DNA of 64,000 nucleotides, taken from contig CM022672.1 of the NCBI GenBank assembly GCA_012295275.1, forward strand, positions 26,164,001 to 26,228,000, read 5' to 3'. The translations under genes and the position numbers were made by a program. The stretch is from Chrysomallon squamiferum (taxonomy: Eukaryota > Animalia > Mollusca). A model generated the notes under the pieces. That model was not told the DNA's origin. It did no database searches and saw only the letters and a list, made by a program, of their open reading frames with translations. Below are positions 61,127 to 64,000 of the stretch, piece after piece. Position 1 is the first letter of the stretch; every line of letters begins with the position of its first letter.

Positions 61127-61630
61127 CAGGTTGAGGATCACCAATCAAAAAATTGAAACTTTTTTTTCAAACATCCAACATAATGTCATGGCCCTAACTA
61201 CTTTGAGTTAAATGAGGCAAAAGCCTTCAAAATTAACAATTGTTTTTTTGTTTTTTTTAAAACAAAGATTTTATTTAAAGAATATAAAATATAAATCTCT
61301 ATTCTTTTTGTTGGAGCTTCTGGTGGCCTTGGGTGGCCCTCAGAGCCCTTGCCCACATTTTTTTGCCCTGCACTGCTAAGTGATTTGATTGTTTTTGCCT
61401 CATTTCAAAAAGAGTCTTGTTATGGCTGTGAGTGTGCTTTGTTTTAGATTAATTATAAGTACACAGACTTCATTTCCTGCTAAAGATATTAAACCATAAA
61501 AGTATCTGCAGACTAGTTATTTTATAAATGAATTTTGTGTTGAGATGTAGATAATGTTCCTTAAAGTATAAAATCCAGAAAATTCTGAAATCTGAAACAT
61601 TTTGAAGCATTTTGGATAAGGGATCCTCAG
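61127..61630. mobile_element. Degenerate Tigger4/Zombi-like MITE just downstream of the ALMS1 stop
   Basis: Left end TA|CAGGTTGAGGATCACCAATCAAAA. Right end AAAATCCAGAAAATTCTGAAATCTGAAACA..AAGCATTTTGGATAAGGGATCCTCAG resembles Tigger4/MER46 termini (CAGGTTGAG.ATCCC.TATCC.AAA) from memory. Confidence 0.65.
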
Positions 61631-62428
61631 TAAGCATTCACTTTGAAAAAAAGAAGAGGTATACAGTTTTGTGCTACCAAAGTTTGTATATATCTATGTT
61701 AGATGTAACTCTTTGTCCTCATATAAATCTAAATGAATCAAAAAGATTAAATCAATGAAATATTGTTAGTGGTCATTTAATTTTGTATTTTGGTATAAAT
61801 AATAAAATATTTTTATACCAACCTGCTTTGGGTTTCAAACTACACAAGACTTTTGACTTGACATTAAAAATAACAATTATTATAATAATGAAAATTAAAT
61901 AATTCTGAATTAGTGTGGAAAGATAAAATGTCAAACTTGCATTTAACAAATATTTGTTTTGTAACAATAAATGTATATTTATGTTTTGGTTATGAAATTA
62001 GTGCATGTAGTTTATTTAGATTTTATAAATACCATAGTAATGTGAATATATTTATATCTGAAAAGTAGTTTCATATGAAAACGTAGTGATTCTTATTTTA
62101 CATTTATTTAATTTATTTTTGTGTTTTTATTTGATATTGTACATAACATTTATTCATCAGTAAATTTTTACATTGTACCTGTTCATTTTCTTCAAACTAA
62201 AGTAAAAATTTTATAGAAAAATAGATTTACATTCTAGTTCCAGTTTTAGCTTATTAAATTATTTAAATTAATTATATATTCAACTTTAAATGATACAAAT
62301 TTTGTATTTGAAAATGTAAAAATTGTCAATAATGAAATTGTCAGATATTCATAAAATAGACATTGTTAAAGTTTTCTTCAAAATATTTTAAAAGAATTTT
62401 CTCAAAATCATTATCTAAAGTATGTTTG

Positions 62429-62560
62429 TGGTTCCCACAGAAATAACCAGCTTAATTTATACTGAAATGTATAATTGTTTTTCTGTTTTTTTCAGAAAAG
62501 GTTATAAACAAATTAATACATTGACAAAACAATAAAGTAAAATAAAATAAAATAAAATAA

Positions 62561-62602
<42 letters not shown>

Positions 62603-62962
62603 CTGTCACAGTAGCTCAAAATATTTTCAAAAATAAGCATTGTTTTCATTGTTCTGCACATTCACCACTAAGATAGAAATATATGTTAATTTTCTAATAT
62701 ATTTAGGTTTTCACTAGAAACAACTCAAAGAAAACTAACAAAGTGTTCATCTAAGATGTATTAAAATAGCATTTATAGAAACATTTTTTTTAACAATATC
62801 AATACCTGTCTAGCAATGCTGTGGACATTTTAATTAACTGCAGCTGTTTTTTTTTTTTTATTAATTAATTAATGAATTATTATTATTTACAGTGAAAATT
62901 ATATATAATTATTTTAGTTCTGTATGATAAATAAAAATATTTGTTTATTTCTGTGGGAACCA
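62429..62962. repeat. Perfect 18-bp inverted repeat pair ~500 bp apart (possible MITE remnant)
   Basis: TGGTTCCCACAGAAATAA at 62429-62446 and TTATTTCTGTGGGAACCA at 62945-62962. Confidence 0.7.
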
Positions 62963-64000
62963 TGATTTTCTGACATTTTATGATAAATCATCTCCAAACC
63001 AGTATTACACCTCTGTAAACGAGGTTTGCACTTACCGACTAAGTATTAGTGTGATGGTACAGAACTGGTCAGTATGGGTCATTACATCACTCCATCCAGG
63101 ATCCATGCATCTTTTTATTTCTTTAATAATATTCTCCAAGTTTCAACTGCATATAGTTAATTATTATAAACATGTTTTTATTTCTCAATTAGGAAAAAAA
63201 CTGAATTTTTAAACAAATTTGTTTACTCTTTTTAATTCTACTAGATTGTTTTTTTCATTATTATTATTTTTTTTTTAATATATTTTTTTAATTATTGTAT
63301 CTGAAAATTTTGTAATTAAATATTAAGAATTTTTAAACATTCTCATATAGGACATTTATCATATATCATATATGTGGGGTTTTGTTTTTTTTTTAAAATA
63401 TTTTTTAAACAAAAGATATGCTTGGAATGCTGGTTTGTGGTGAATGGTATCAATGGTCCATCTACTTGACTAGCTGTGCTCTATATATAACTACTGCAGT
63501 GCTTCAAAAGTAAACAGTATACTAAGGCTTAGTTTTCTGTGTGAAATATTAAAACAAACAAAATAAATTATGTTAGAAAAACATGTATATTGTAAATAAA
63601 TATAGTGTAATAATCTTTAAATGGTGTTAGTTTTTTATATTTATTTGATGTATTAGAGGCTTGTAATGTTTGATATTATACTAAAAACAATCACATACTC
63701 TTACACTCTCTTAGACAAAACAAACTGACTTGGGTTACATGATCTACCATTCTACAGTTCAGTGTACATGAGAAATTTCTGCTATTGTTCTTGCTTCCAC
63801 ACATGAGAGGTAGTTTTACTGTAATCTCAGATCAAGTAAAAAGAGAAATGTGTATTAAATATATGTCAGTACAGTTCAAGTTAAAGATATCAAGTAATTA
63901 GGTATGTTAGTTTTAGTTAGTGTTTGTTTACTGAGCTGGCTGTTCAGATATTCATGTGTGTAAAAGATCCCTGGTTGTTGACAGATAAGAGCTGTTCAGG

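Overview
AT-rich, microsatellite-laden animal genomic DNA with spliceosomal introns; a lophotrochozoan such as a mollusc is my inference from style, not proven. I hand-spliced six genes: the 3' part of a monoamine oxidase (+, <1-3578), the bifunctional P5CS/ALDH18A1 (-, 4494-11050, with a non-coding first exon near 12.8-13.1 kb), a Not/Noto-class homeobox gene (-, 15676-20867) with an ~11.5 kb gene-free upstream region, the mitochondrial helicase SUPV3L1 (-, 32971-41001) head-to-head with intronless TMEM177 (+, 41304-42269), and an ~2250-aa ALMS1 orthologue (+, 46531-60976). Also present are two Tigger/pogo-like MITEs, a 313-bp tandem duplication between convergent 3' ends, and many simple repeats. 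Most notable: Not-ALMS1 linkage mirroring human 2p13; an MAO with CGGCC instead of SGGCY; a candidate CRE-driven alternative first exon of ALMS1; a GC-AG intron, short-form-only junction and ATF4-type elements at P5CS; and a hairpin-enclosed candidate poison exon in SUPV3L1. I found no clearly new multi-gene system. All homology calls are from motif recognition, not database searches.
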